A stretch of DNA of 44,370 bases, taken from positions 1 through 44,370 of IMG/VR virus record IMGVR_UViG_3300031454_000238. The stretch is one strand, 5' to 3'. Origin of the DNA: a virus (taxonomy: Duplodnaviria; Caudoviricetes). Position 1 is the first letter of the stretch; each line of letters begins with the position of its first letter. The position numbers and the translations under genes were made by a program. This document shows positions 1 through 9,581 of the stretch, piece by piece. The notes under the pieces are model-generated. The model searched no databases and was not told the DNA's origin. It saw only the letters and a list, made by a program, of their open reading frames with translations.

Positions 1-30
1 CTAACCCCGGCAGTAGTCGAGGTTGTCTGA

Positions 31-63
31 GAAGCCGCCCCCTTCAGGGGGCGGAGTGGTCAC
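31..63 (+). mobile_element. Probable right end of an IS200/IS605-family element (subterminal hairpin + TCAC), rest outside the window
   Basis: GAAG-CCGCCCCC-TTCA-GGGGGCGG-AGTGG-TCAC: 8-bp stem (35-42/47-54) followed 5 nt later by TCAC, the layout of IS200/IS605 right ends. Confidence 0.65.
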
Positions 64-190
64 CAGATCGTCGGTGTCAGGCAAGTCAGACCACCACCAG
101 TCGTTCTCGCTGTCCGCGATGTCGCAGAGCGTTACCTGACGATTGATCAGATCGTGGCACCCGTAACTTTCTAGATGCGCCCAGAGGCCG

Positions 191-709
191 TCAATCAGCC
201 GTCCCGCGAACTCCGGCCCCTGACATTGCGCGGCGGCGATCACGAGCATCGCGGGTTGCGTCATCTGCACGGGCCAATTGGCGGGCGCGACCTTCGTTTG
301 TGGTCGCGCCGCGAATGCCTCTTGCGGCGTCGGCAGCGCGACGCACATCGGCGGCGGTCACGGCCTCGCCGTGTTCCTCCCGCACCTGTTGCCATACTTC
401 GCGGCGCGTCTCTGCGTCCGGCAGGCGGGCAAGTTCGCGGGCCTGTCCTTCGTTCTTTGGGGGTGGAAGTGGCGCAGCGTCGGTGTGCGCAATTGCGCAC
501 ACGTCACTCACCGCCTCAGCCGCGACCATGAGATTGTAGGAATACCGCCTGCTCCACCCCCACCGCTCTTGGCAGTACGCCTCGAACGTCTCGTATCCCT
601 GTTCGCGGTACAACCGCCCCTCGCGTATCTCCATCAGGGCGGTGCCAACCTCGATGAAGCCCCGCCGCCGCTCCGACTTCGCCCCCCACAGCGCGAGGGC
701 TTCCCGCAT
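191..709 (-). CDS. Phage DNA-binding protein, DUF3102-like
   Basis: FIEVGTALMEIREGRLYREQGYETFEAYCQERWGWSRRYSYNLM and NEGQARELA motifs. Confidence 0.6.
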   Translation of the reverse strand: MREALALWGAKSERRRGFIEVGTALMEIREGRLYREQGYETFEAYCQERWGWSRRYSYNLMVAAEAVSDVCAIAHTDAAPLPPPKNEGQARELARLPDAETRREVWQQVREEHGEAVTAADVRRAADAARGIRGATTNEGRARQLARADDATRDARDRRRAMSGAGVRGTAD

Positions 710-734
710 GGCCCCGTACGACGCTCGTCACCCC

Positions 735-763
735 TTGACGAGTGATACCACTTCTGGTATCAT
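735..763 (+). promoter_or_regulatory. Sigma70 promoter of the TA operon with palindromic operator; probably leaderless
   Basis: TTGACG (735-740), 17 bp, TATCAT (758-763); inverted repeat TGATACCA-cttc-TGGTATCA (743-762); ATG at 770 with no SD. Confidence 0.75.
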
Positions 764-769
764 GGACGC

Positions 770-1144
770 ATGGGAAAGAACGACCGCGAGTTGTATTGGG
801 TTGGGAGCAGCAGGGACGACTTGCTCGCATTCCCGCGTGAGGTACAGTCGGCGGTTGGTTTCGCCCTTCGCGCCGCGCAAGAGGGCAAGAAGCACGAAAG
901 CGTCGAACCCCTCAAAGGCTACAGGGGTGCGGGTGTCTTGGAAGTCATCAAGCGGTTCAGCGGCGACACCTACCGTTGCGTCTACACGGTACAACTGGCG
1001 AACGCGGCATATGTGCTGCACTGCTTTCAGAAGAAGTCCACCAGCGGTATCAAGACACCCAAGCGCGACCTCGACATGATCGAGCGGCGACTAGCGGAAG
1101 CAATAGCGGAAGACGCCGCAATCACGAAGGAGAAAAGCGCATGA
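770..1144 (+). CDS. RelE/HigB-family toxin (phage Gp49-like)
   Basis: WVGSSRDDLLAFP...KPLKG-like VEPLKG...TYRCVYTV...YVLHCFQKKSTSGIKTPKRDLDMIERRL; ATGA overlap with antitoxin. Confidence 0.9.
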   Translation: MGKNDRELYWVGSSRDDLLAFPREVQSAVGFALRAAQEGKKHESVEPLKGYRGAGVLEVIKRFSGDTYRCVYTVQLANAAYVLHCFQKKSTSGIKTPKRDLDMIERRLAEAIAEDAAITKEKSA

Positions 1145-1479
1145 CGATCACCAAGAGTAGCGGCAATGTTTTCGCAGACCTCTGCTTCGCGGATGCGGAA
1201 GAACGCCTCGCAAAGACCGACCTCGTACTCGCCCTCGATGAGTGCATCCACGCCCGTGGCCTTAGCCAGCGAAACGCTGCCCTCGTCCTCGGCGTCGGTC
1301 AAGGGTCACTCAGCAAACTGCTTGGCGGCGACCTCGACGGCTTTAGCATGGATCGCGTCACACGAATGCTCAACGCTTTCGATCAGGATGTAACCATCAA
1401 TGTCGGCCCGAAGCGCGGCGACTGCGCCCGCACCGTTGTCGAGCGGGAACCCGTTCGGGCTTTCGCAGCCGCCGACTAA
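1141..1479 (+). CDS. XRE/HigA-like HTH antitoxin
   Basis: SSGNVFADL...GLSQRNAALVLGVGQGSLSKLL...FSMDR; start reassigned to ATG 1141 overlapping the toxin stop. Confidence 0.9.
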   Translation: MTITKSSGNVFADLCFADAEERLAKTDLVLALDECIHARGLSQRNAALVLGVGQGSLSKLLGGDLDGFSMDRVTRMLNAFDQDVTINVGPKRGDCARTVVEREPVRAFAAAD

Positions 1480-1509
1480 CGCCCCCGGCGACCCCGAAGG
1501 CCCGTAACG

Positions 1510-1538
1510 CAAAAGGCGACCACAACGGTCGCCTTTTG
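1510..1538. terminator. Bidirectional intrinsic terminator
   Basis: CAAAAGGCGACC-acaac-GGTCGCCTTTTG between convergent genes. Confidence 0.85.
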
Positions 1539-1554
1539 TGGTTCGGTGCAGGTG

Positions 1555-2034
1555 CTACCGTCGGATGGGTTGCGGTTGTGCGAGAGCAGTAGTCGTTAGC
1601 GATACAGGCGTACCGAGCGCAGTAGCGGTAAGAGACACCGGAGTACCGAGGGCTGTGCTAGTTAGCGCGACTGGCGTTCCAAGCGCGGCAGAGGTGGCCT
1701 CAACAGCGCGAGTACTCCACCCTTGCACCGCCACAAACAGAAGGACTCCCACGAGTATCAAGAAAATGAAACCGACTATTTGCACAGTGGCATTGCGCAC
1801 CCCCTGTTGCTTTGGGGGTGGGAGCGACGGAGCCTGCGCAGGCACGAACCGTCGCCACGTCGTTGTGAGAGCCGCGCCTTGACCGGGAACTTGCCCTACC
1901 ACCTCGAATCCCGCTGCGAACATTCCCGGCGCATCCTGCTCATATTGTGATGCCGACGGATACGTGCGCACAACAATTTGTGGCACGAGCGATGATCCTG
2001 TGTTCTGCGGTAACTGCCAACCCGGTGGCTGCAT
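1555..2034 (-). CDS. Single-pass membrane protein with 11-aa ALGTPVxLTxT repeats
   Basis: SD-like GAAGGGGAG before ATG 2034; hydrophobic IVGFIFLILVGVLLFVAV; three repeats near the C-terminus. Confidence 0.6.
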   Translation of the reverse strand: MQPPGWQLPQNTGSSLVPQIVVRTYPSASQYEQDAPGMFAAGFEVVGQVPGQGAALTTTWRRFVPAQAPSLPPPKQQGVRNATVQIVGFIFLILVGVLLFVAVQGWSTRAVEATSAALGTPVALTSTALGTPVSLTATALGTPVSLTTTALAQPQPIRR

Positions 2035-2170
2035 ACTCCCCTTCTCCCCTCTACGTTGTTCGGCCTCCATTCATCAATACGGTACGTACACCGCGTTTGT
2101 GACGCCACTCACAGAAACGCACTCAGACCCGCAGGCACCGCCGCTGGCGCGGGCATGGTGCTCTCCCTTG

Positions 2171-5100
2171 TTAGCCGTTCGGCCTGCCCGCCGCCCGCAA
2201 TCGGGCGGAGATCGCGTCCGCAATGTCGCCACCGATCTCCCGCGACTGCGCACGCGATTGACCGGGAGCCGCCGTGACATTGACGTAAATGTTCGTCTCG
2301 CCGCCACCCTCGCCGCCGCCACGCTCCCGCAGGGCGTCGCGCACGACCGCACGCATCTGCGGCACGGGGCTGGTGATCTCGCCCTCGCGGTTGCCGGGGT
2401 TCTCGTTGCTGAGAATCAGCGCAGGCCCGTCACTCACGTAGGCACCATTCGCGGCGGGGTTGACGGTGTAGCCGAGCGGGGCGTTGAAGTACGAGGCGTT
2501 GCGCCAGCCTGTCTGTTCCGGTGCCACCGTTCCGTACACGCGCCCATCCCCGCCGCTGAACGCGACGTGACCGACGTTGCCGAGTTCGGGGTCGGTGTAG
2601 GGAAAGAACGTCACCGCCCCCTTCGGGCCGAGGCCGGGGGAAAGCGGCTGCTTTCGACTGTGGGTGAAGGCGTCCGGTTCGCGGGCGTACCGCTTGCCCG
2701 CCCCCGCCATCGCGTCCCCGATGAACTTCTCGCACCACAGATAGATGCCGCTCGTGCGGAACGCGGATTGCATGATCGCGTCGCCGTCGGGTGCGGTGCC
2801 GCCCGTGTTCGGCTTCGCATCGGCCATCCATCCGGCGTACTTCGGCTGCAAGCCCCGGATGATGCCGGGGTAGGCGGCCCCGCCGTTGTAGCGCAACAGG
2901 GCGGTGTCCCAGTTGCCGCCGAACTCGTCGTATTTGTTGCGCAGCAGGTTGAACCCGTAGTCGAGGGCCGCGCCATCGCCCGCCGCTGTCTGGATATAGT
3001 CCTGCATCGTGCCGCCGCCTGGTGCCGCGCTGCCGAGAAACGCGGAATGGTAGCGGCGGTCTATCTGTGTGAGGCCGAAGGCGTAGGGGTTGCCGTTCGG
3101 GTCGAGGTCGTATGCCGATTGGCGATACGCGCCGCTCCCGCTCTCCCGGTCAACGAGTGCCGCCGCGAGGTCGCGGGGGATGCGGTGCTTGTCGGCGTAC
3201 TGCGAGATAAGCGGGCGCAGGGCATCCATGCCCCCGCCCGCCGCGCCGCCCGCGCTGTTGCCCCCGGCGAAGGGCGACAGCAGGCCGCGCACGCCCTCCG
3301 TCGCGGTGCTCTTGATCTTCTCCGCAATCGCGGGGCCGATCTTCGACAGTACCCCCGGCAGTTCGGGCATCTTCAGCCCGCTGAGCGTCGTACCGAGCAT
3401 GTCCGTCGCCTTCGAGACGATGCTTTGCGCCCCGGTACCGACGCCGGAGAAGAAGCCACCGACCGCCGATTTCGTGGCATCCCACGCCGCGCCGATAGCG
3501 TCTCCCGGCCCCGCCCCGCGCCCGATGTTCGCCCCGTAGTTGCCGAGGCTCCCCGTCGCTGCGATGCCCGCCGCAAATTGTGCCGATGTGCTACCGGGGG
3601 GCGGGTTCGAGAGGATGCGCTCGGTTTCGGCGTTGTTATAGACCACACTGCCGGCGGGAAGATTGAGCATCATCGGGCCGGAAGCTAAGTACGTGCGGTC
3701 GCCCACGGTGTAGAGTTCGCGCCCCGCTTCCCCGATGAAGGCCGCACCACCGGGGAAGTTGCGCGTGCCTTCCGCCTCGTTGCGTGCGCCGCCCCCGCCC
3801 CCCGGTGCCGCCGTGCGCTTACCCACGGTGATGTTCGGCACGGGCCACGGCGCACCACCGAGGCTCGGATTGCCGAACAGCCCGCCGACCTCATTCAAGG
3901 CCCGCTTGACGCTATTCACGAACATGCCGATGCCGTCCAGCCCGGTTTGAATTGGGCCGAGGAAGGAGTTCACCGCCGCGAGCATGATGCCCTCGATGGC
4001 GTCCCCGAAGGACTTGAAGGGTGCCAGCAGGGCCGCACCGAGCGGGAGAAGGGCGGCGTTCAACGGAACGAGACTGAGAACAAACCGCCCGACCGCTGAA
4101 CTGGCAATCTCATCGAAGACGCGACCGACCTCTCTCACCGTCGGGATGATGTTCTTGTCCAGATAGCCCCATAGGTCGCGCAACTGTGGCAACAGGTCGC
4201 TGAAGATGAACGTCGCAATGCCCCGCAACGCCTCCAACCCCAGTCCCGCGAGGAACATCTGCCAACTCGTCCACGCCGGGAGCAGGGTGCCGCTGATGTA
4301 CGTGGCAAGGTCGCCCAATTTCGGCAGCATGTTCGTGTCGAGGTAGCCCCAGATATTCTGCATCGTCGGGATGAAGTCTTTCACCCAGAAGGCGTGCAGG
4401 TTGCGCCCCGCCGTTTCCGCCGCCGTGATGTTCTTGCCCGGATCGGCGGGGGCGTCATCGGTCAGACCACGCCAGAAATCCATAATCGCAGTCCGGGCGT
4501 TGCGCAGGGCGGTTCCCGCGTCATTGGCGATCTTCTCCACGCCCGTGTAGTAGCGACTCGGCTCCTTGCCCTGTAGTGCCTCCCAGAAGGCAGATACCAC
4601 GGGGGTGGCCTTCTCTATGGCATTCTGGATATTGCCGAACGCCTGCGTCCACACATTTTCGACTTTCAGCGCGTCGGTCGCGGCTTTCTTGGCGTCGGGG
4701 CCGCGCTGCCCCATCGTCTCCTGCTGGTAGGGATCGAGACCCTTCGGCCCCTGATATCCCGCAGCCGCCACGTCCGCAGCCTTTTTTGCCTGCTCAATCG
4801 CCTGCTTGTACCGCTCCGCCTCGGTGATGAGGTTTTGCCAGTACCGGGCCTCTTTCTCCAGCTCCGCCTGCCGCTGCTGCAAGGGCAACAGCGCGTCTTC
4901 CATCGCCCGCGTCAGTCGCTCCTGCTCGGCTTGCAGGGGCGCGAGGGTCGTGCGGCGGTGTTCGTCGTCTATCATTTTCGCCAGATTCAGGATCGCCGCC
5001 TCTTTGTCGAGGATATCGCTCTGTCGCTTGGCCTCGTCATTGATCGCGGCGATCTGATCCTGTGCGCCGCGCTTGCGCATCTCGACCGTGCGGCTCTCCG

Positions 5101-8100
5101 TGGCGAAATACTCGTCGGATGCCGCCTTGCGCAGGCCCAGTTGGTAGCTTGCCTCGGTATTCGCCTCGCGCTGCGCGGCGATATCTTTTGTTCGGGCATC
5201 GAGGGCGGCCTGCGCCCCCTTCAGCTCGGCATCGAGGGCTTTGCCCTGATCGTAGACCGTATCCGCGAGCAGCGTGCGCCGCCGATCAATGTCGCGCAGC
5301 CGCCCCTCGTCCGCGTCACGGGCGATGCGGGCATTCTCGGCGATGCCATCCTTCTCGCTGGCAATCGCGGCAAGGCGACCCGCGAAGCCTTCGGCCGTCG
5401 CCCGTGCCTCCTCCTGCACCGCTCCCTTGCGCCGTTCGATGCCATCCAGTTGCGATTGCAGCGCGTCTTTTTGCAGCGTCAGGGTATCTGCTATGCTTTG
5501 CTTCTCGGCTTCTGCTTGGCGAATCCCCGCCTCGATGGCGTCCTTGCGCGTGTCCGCCGTTTCGCGGATCGCCTTGCTCTGCTCTTCGATGACCGTCAGT
5601 TGTCCTTGCAGATCGGCGCGGTGATCTTCGTCCATCCGCCGCTGAATGATTTGCCGCTCTTGCAACTGCTCCAGCTCGCTTTTGGCGGTCAGACGCTTCG
5701 CCTGATCGGCCCGCACCGCCGCGCTCATCTGCCGGGAGGTCGCGGCGTAGGCGGCGTCAATCCCCGCCTGATCCGCTCCCGGCCCCACCCGCTGCGCGTT
5801 GAGTGATTGCAATTGGTTCGTGTAACCGGTGGTGTCGATTTCGGGGGCGGAGAGGGTGCGCTGCAAGTCCTCGATGCGACGATCCAACGAGCGGTCGCGC
5901 CCGATGCCGTCCATTTGCCTTTTCAGGGCATCGGCCTGCTTGCTCAGCACGGCGATTTCGGCGTCGGCCCCGTCACCGATGGACCGAATCGCGTCGCGCT
6001 GCCCCGTCACCCATCGCTCAATCGCCGTGGTCTCCATGCGCGCCGCTTCGGACACGCCGCGCATGGCGTTCTGCACCGTTTTCGCCTCGGCATCGAGACC
6101 GCGCACCACGCCTTCGGAGGCCTTCTGCGCGGCACTCGCCTGTGCGCTGACCGCCTTGCTCTGCACATCCAGCAGGCGTGTTTGCTCCGCCGTCGCTCGC
6201 GCCGCATCATCCATGCGCTGCCTGATCGGGCGAGCTTCCAGGTCCATCGCCCGGTTCGCCGTTTCCGCCGCGTCGGAGAGCGCACGGATGCGCGTCTGTA
6301 TCTCGTTGACGCGCCCTTCCTCGGCGTCGGCGTTCAACTTCGAGAGGCGGTGCGATTCCGCCTCCAACGCCCTGCCCTCGTTGGCGAAACCGACGTCAAT
6401 CGTGTACTTTTTGTCCGACAACTGCCGCAGAATCGCATCGGCCTCTCGGACGATGCCCTCATAGACGCTCGTGCTGGGCTTTTCCACCTCAATGCGCATC
6501 TTGGCGACGCCGATCTCGGCAAGGCGCGTGTTCCGGGCCGATTCGGTCGGCGTCAGACGTTGCGCGTCCTGAATTGCCCGTGCGTTGGTGCGAATCTGCG
6601 GATCGTAGAAATCATGAACCGCCTGCTGTGCATCCTTGTTCGCTTGCAAGGCAAGGTTCACCTCGTCGAGGTGCTGGCGGAAGGTGAGGATGTTCGCGTC
6701 GGCGATTTTGATGTTGTCCGCGTACAGTTGTGCCGCATCCGCCGCCGCTTGCGCCGCCGCACGGTTGTCCCCGAACAACTTCGGGTCGCTCGTCGGCACC
6801 TTCGCGGCCTTCATCGCGTCATCAATCTGCTTCGAGAGGTCCGCCGTGTCTACGCCGAATGCCGCGAGAATGGCCTTGCCCACGGGCGCGAGGAAGGCGA
6901 GGAACTGACCAAGCAACGCCATCCCGCTCTTCACCGCCGCCGCGATGTGGTCAACAAACGAGGCGAACCACGGCGTCGAAACGAAGGCGGCGATCTTGTT
7001 CGCCGCCTCCACGATGCCCTCGAAGAGCGGGCGGAACGCGGTCGCGCCCGCCAGTTTCAGGGCATCGGTGATCGTGGATATCGCCCCGGTGAAGGTGTGT
7101 GACTGCTTCTCCATCGCCCCCGCGACATCGGGTAGTTGCCCGTAGGCGTGGAAGGCTTGGAAGAGGTCGTTCGCGCTGATCTTGCCCGTTTCCGCGAGTT
7201 TGAGCGTTTCGCCCGTGCTGATATGCAGATAGTCGGAGAGGATTTTCAGCCCCGGCACCCCGGATTCGCCCAACTGGTTGAGTTCCTCGGCGCTCACCTT
7301 GCCCTTCGCGCCTACCTGTGCGATGGCGAGCGTCACCCGATCCACCTGTGCCGACGTGCCACCGAATCGCGCTACCGCGTTCCCGGCGTCGATCACGAGG
7401 GCTTTGCTCTGCTCGGCACTCAAGCCGAGGTTCAGGAAGCGAATCGCGCCCTTCTCCACCTGCTCATAGGAAAACGGGGTCGCATTGGCGAGGGCGAGCA
7501 ATTCTTTCTGGTACGTTGCCGCCTGCTGCTGGCTACCGAGCAGCCCTTCGAGCGCGACCCTGCCCCGATCCAACTGGTCATTGTATCCGATGATCGCCTT
7601 TGTGCCGTTCTCCCACACCGCAGAGACGGCATTCGTGGCGACATTGCTCACGACGTTGCCGATGGCACTACCCTTGATGATCGTGCCGAGGCTCGTGCCG
7701 CCGGACGTGTTCCCCCGCGCCGCGTCGCGTTCGGCACGGGCCGCGTTGTTGGCGGCGGCGATGCGCTCCCGGCTCTCGCGGCTCGCCTCGGCTATCCGCT
7801 CTTGCGACCCGGTGCGCATCGCGGCGGTGGTCTGTTGCGCGGCGGCACGTTCGGCGGCGATCATCTGCCGCGTGCTGTTGGTTGCCGCCGCGACGCGCTC
7901 CCGGCTCTCCGTTTGTGCCGTCGCGATGCGCTCCCGCGACGCCGCCTGCTGCGCGGTGGTGAGGGCGCGTTCCGCCTGCTGCACGGCGGACGTGTCCGGC
8001 GCGACGACCGTCAACCGGGCGACGTGCTGCGACGACGCGAGTTGCCGCATCCGCGCCTCGGCCTGCTCCGCCTTGCGCATAAATTCGGACAGGTCAATTC

Positions 8101-8128
8101 CGAAGGACAAGTTTCCGATCGAAGGCAA
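2171..8128 (-). CDS. Tape measure protein with C-terminal SLT lytic transglycosylase and CHAP/NlpC-P60-like domains
   Basis: ~1985 aa; LANATPFS...GKVSAEELNQLGESGVP tape-measure motif; long coiled coil; RESG...FGLTQI...YNGG (SLT); WCEKF...GHVAFS (Cys/His); start reassigned to TTG 8128 after GAGGA. Confidence 0.93.
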   Translation of the reverse strand: MPSIGNLSFGIDLSEFMRKAEQAEARMRQLASSQHVARLTVVAPDTSAVQQAERALTTAQQAASRERIATAQTESRERVAAATNSTRQMIAAERAAAQQTTAAMRTGSQERIAEASRESRERIAAANNAARAERDAARGNTSGGTSLGTIIKGSAIGNVVSNVATNAVSAVWENGTKAIIGYNDQLDRGRVALEGLLGSQQQAATYQKELLALANATPFSYEQVEKGAIRFLNLGLSAEQSKALVIDAGNAVARFGGTSAQVDRVTLAIAQVGAKGKVSAEELNQLGESGVPGLKILSDYLHISTGETLKLAETGKISANDLFQAFHAYGQLPDVAGAMEKQSHTFTGAISTITDALKLAGATAFRPLFEGIVEAANKIAAFVSTPWFASFVDHIAAAVKSGMALLGQFLAFLAPVGKAILAAFGVDTADLSKQIDDAMKAAKVPTSDPKLFGDNRAAAQAAADAAQLYADNIKIADANILTFRQHLDEVNLALQANKDAQQAVHDFYDPQIRTNARAIQDAQRLTPTESARNTRLAEIGVAKMRIEVEKPSTSVYEGIVREADAILRQLSDKKYTIDVGFANEGRALEAESHRLSKLNADAEEGRVNEIQTRIRALSDAAETANRAMDLEARPIRQRMDDAARATAEQTRLLDVQSKAVSAQASAAQKASEGVVRGLDAEAKTVQNAMRGVSEAARMETTAIERWVTGQRDAIRSIGDGADAEIAVLSKQADALKRQMDGIGRDRSLDRRIEDLQRTLSAPEIDTTGYTNQLQSLNAQRVGPGADQAGIDAAYAATSRQMSAAVRADQAKRLTAKSELEQLQERQIIQRRMDEDHRADLQGQLTVIEEQSKAIRETADTRKDAIEAGIRQAEAEKQSIADTLTLQKDALQSQLDGIERRKGAVQEEARATAEGFAGRLAAIASEKDGIAENARIARDADEGRLRDIDRRRTLLADTVYDQGKALDAELKGAQAALDARTKDIAAQREANTEASYQLGLRKAASDEYFATESRTVEMRKRGAQDQIAAINDEAKRQSDILDKEAAILNLAKMIDDEHRRTTLAPLQAEQERLTRAMEDALLPLQQRQAELEKEARYWQNLITEAERYKQAIEQAKKAADVAAAGYQGPKGLDPYQQETMGQRGPDAKKAATDALKVENVWTQAFGNIQNAIEKATPVVSAFWEALQGKEPSRYYTGVEKIANDAGTALRNARTAIMDFWRGLTDDAPADPGKNITAAETAGRNLHAFWVKDFIPTMQNIWGYLDTNMLPKLGDLATYISGTLLPAWTSWQMFLAGLGLEALRGIATFIFSDLLPQLRDLWGYLDKNIIPTVREVGRVFDEIASSAVGRFVLSLVPLNAALLPLGAALLAPFKSFGDAIEGIMLAAVNSFLGPIQTGLDGIGMFVNSVKRALNEVGGLFGNPSLGGAPWPVPNITVGKRTAAPGGGGGARNEAEGTRNFPGGAAFIGEAGRELYTVGDRTYLASGPMMLNLPAGSVVYNNAETERILSNPPPGSTSAQFAAGIAATGSLGNYGANIGRGAGPGDAIGAAWDATKSAVGGFFSGVGTGAQSIVSKATDMLGTTLSGLKMPELPGVLSKIGPAIAEKIKSTATEGVRGLLSPFAGGNSAGGAAGGGMDALRPLISQYADKHRIPRDLAAALVDRESGSGAYRQSAYDLDPNGNPYAFGLTQIDRRYHSAFLGSAAPGGGTMQDYIQTAAGDGAALDYGFNLLRNKYDEFGGNWDTALLRYNGGAAYPGIIRGLQPKYAGWMADAKPNTGGTAPDGDAIMQSAFRTSGIYLWCEKFIGDAMAGAGKRYAREPDAFTHSRKQPLSPGLGPKGAVTFFPYTDPELGNVGHVAFSGGDGRVYGTVAPEQTGWRNASYFNAPLGYTVNPAANGAYVSDGPALILSNENPGNREGEITSPVPQMRAVVRDALRERGGGEGGGETNIYVNVTAAPGQSRAQSREIGGDIADAISARLRAAGRPNG

Positions 8129-8135
8129 TTTGTCC

Positions 8136-8531
8136 TCATTCCTCGGCAACATCGACAGACGCACCGTGCCGCTCGTCTCGCACCTCGACGCCGGCCGTGG
8201 CGAAGACGCCCATGATCGCGGCGGCAAACTCACTGGGGTCAACATCGGGCGCGGGCGTATCATCGTCGCCCGTTGCGGCGACACGCAGGCCGTCGTAGTC
8301 GGGCAGGAAATCTTCGGCTTCGAGCCACGGCGTCTCTTTGCCGCGATTCATCGAAGCGTTGTAGGTGGCGGCGATGAGCATGGCGAGGAGGCGGGGGGTC
8401 TGCCAGTGGGCGGGCGGGTCGTACGCATAGGAGTACGTGAGCCGCCGCCACTGACGGGGGGTGAGTTGTCGCATGAGGACGCCGGGTTCGGCATGGCCGA
8501 GGTCGCGGGCGATGCGATACGCACGCCGCAC
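8136..8531 (-). CDS. Tail assembly chaperone C-terminal (gpT-like) frame
   Basis: Between chaperone and TMP, in the -1 frame of the upstream ORF; RIARDLG...W...DFLP pattern. Confidence 0.65.
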   Translation of the reverse strand: MRRAYRIARDLGHAEPGVLMRQLTPRQWRRLTYSYAYDPPAHWQTPRLLAMLIAATYNASMNRGKETPWLEAEDFLPDYDGLRVAATGDDDTPAPDVDPSEFAAAIMGVFATAGVEVRDERHGASVDVAEE

Positions 8532-8539
8532 GCTCGGCG

Positions 8540-9022
8540 TTAGGCGAAAGTGTCGCGCTCGTCCTCGTCATTGGTCGTCTGCCCCGCCAGTTCGCGGGCA
8601 ACTTTGGCGATCTTCGCCGTGACGAGCGCGGGCCATGTGCGGGTAATCGTCTTGTAGTCGTGACTGCCAAAGCCGCCGTGGAAGCGCGGCGAGCCGTCTA
8701 CCCGCACCACGCAGTAGAGCACCCACAGGGCGTTGCCGTCGCCCACCTGCACGAATTTCCCGTCGCGGATCACGCTCGTTTCGTTCGAGATACGGGCCGG
8801 GATGTCGCTGTGAGGTGCCTGCACGAGCACCGAGCCGCCCGCACCGAGGCCGCCCCGCGACGCCGGGGGAATGGACACCTTGCGCGTGATGATCTCCGGG
8901 GGGGCGAACATATCGTCGTCGCTGAGCATTCGCTCGGTCTCGCCATCGGGCGGGGCGGATGCGGCGCGAAAGGGGAGGATGGTGCCGTTGTCGGGGGTCG
9001 CGTCGAACGTGTCGTTATCCAT
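8540..9022 (-). CDS. Tail assembly chaperone (gpG-like)
   Basis: Directly after the major tail protein; SD AAGGAG before ATG 9022. Confidence 0.7.
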   Translation of the reverse strand: MDNDTFDATPDNGTILPFRAASAPPDGETERMLSDDDMFAPPEIITRKVSIPPASRGGLGAGGSVLVQAPHSDIPARISNETSVIRDGKFVQVGDGNALWVLYCVVRVDGSPRFHGGFGSHDYKTITRTWPALVTAKIAKVARELAGQTTNDEDERDTFA

Positions 9023-9074
9023 GGTGTGTGCCGCTCCTTTTGATGGGAAAGGGAGCGGCAATCGTGCCGCTCCC

Positions 9075-9548
9075 TTAGGTTGCCGGTGCCGCCGTGATCG
9101 TCAGTGTGCCGGACACCTTGACGCGCACCGCCAATTCCATCGCCGCGCCGGGCGTGAAATCGCTCGTGCCGCATTCGAGGATCGCCCCGGTGAACGCCAT
9201 CGTCATGCCGTCCGCCGTGGCCGCGCCGGTGTTGAGGATTTCGATCCTGAAGTTCACGGCGGGCGCGTTGTCGTTGAACCGCTTCCAAATGCCGCTGGTG
9301 GTGTTCTGCGAGGCGTCCCCCGTCCAGTTGGCGGTGATGCTGACCTCGCCCGCGTCCGCCCAACCGCCGATGAACTCCTTGACGAAACCGACGCTGTCGA
9401 AGTTCGTCGTCTCCGACGTGTCCTTCGTGAGGCGAGGGCTGCCAATCGCCTTGCACTTGGCGAGGGTGGTGAATACCTCCGTTGCCGCGCCGTCACCGAA
9501 ACGAAATCTCACATTGCCAGGAAGACGCCCGGAGCCTACTGTTGCCAT
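9075..9548 (-). CDS. Major tail (tube) protein
   Basis: ETTNFDSVGFVKEFIGGWADAGEVSITANW; SD AAGGAG before ATG 9548; synteny. Confidence 0.88.
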   Translation of the reverse strand: MATVGSGRLPGNVRFRFGDGAATEVFTTLAKCKAIGSPRLTKDTSETTNFDSVGFVKEFIGGWADAGEVSITANWTGDASQNTTSGIWKRFNDNAPAVNFRIEILNTGAATADGMTMAFTGAILECGTSDFTPGAAMELAVRVKVSGTLTITAAPAT

Positions 9549-9552
9549 GTGG

Positions 9553-9581
9553 CACTCCTTTGCACGTAAGGCAAAGGAGTG
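9553..9581 (-). promoter_or_regulatory. Hairpin sequestering the major tail protein SD
   Basis: Perfect 11-bp stem CACTCCTTTGC/GCAAAGGAGTG, 7-nt loop; 3' arm contains AAGGAG. Confidence 0.65.

Noticed and set aside
1-348. 115-aa ORF as an intact gene
   Set aside because: 5' part overlaps 191-709 and the last ~20 codons read into the putative IS end; at most an interrupted fragment
1964-8543. Long + strand ORFs opposite the TMP (and others opposite MCP, portal, GH5)
   Set aside because: Shadow ORFs of high-GC coding sequence; no motifs
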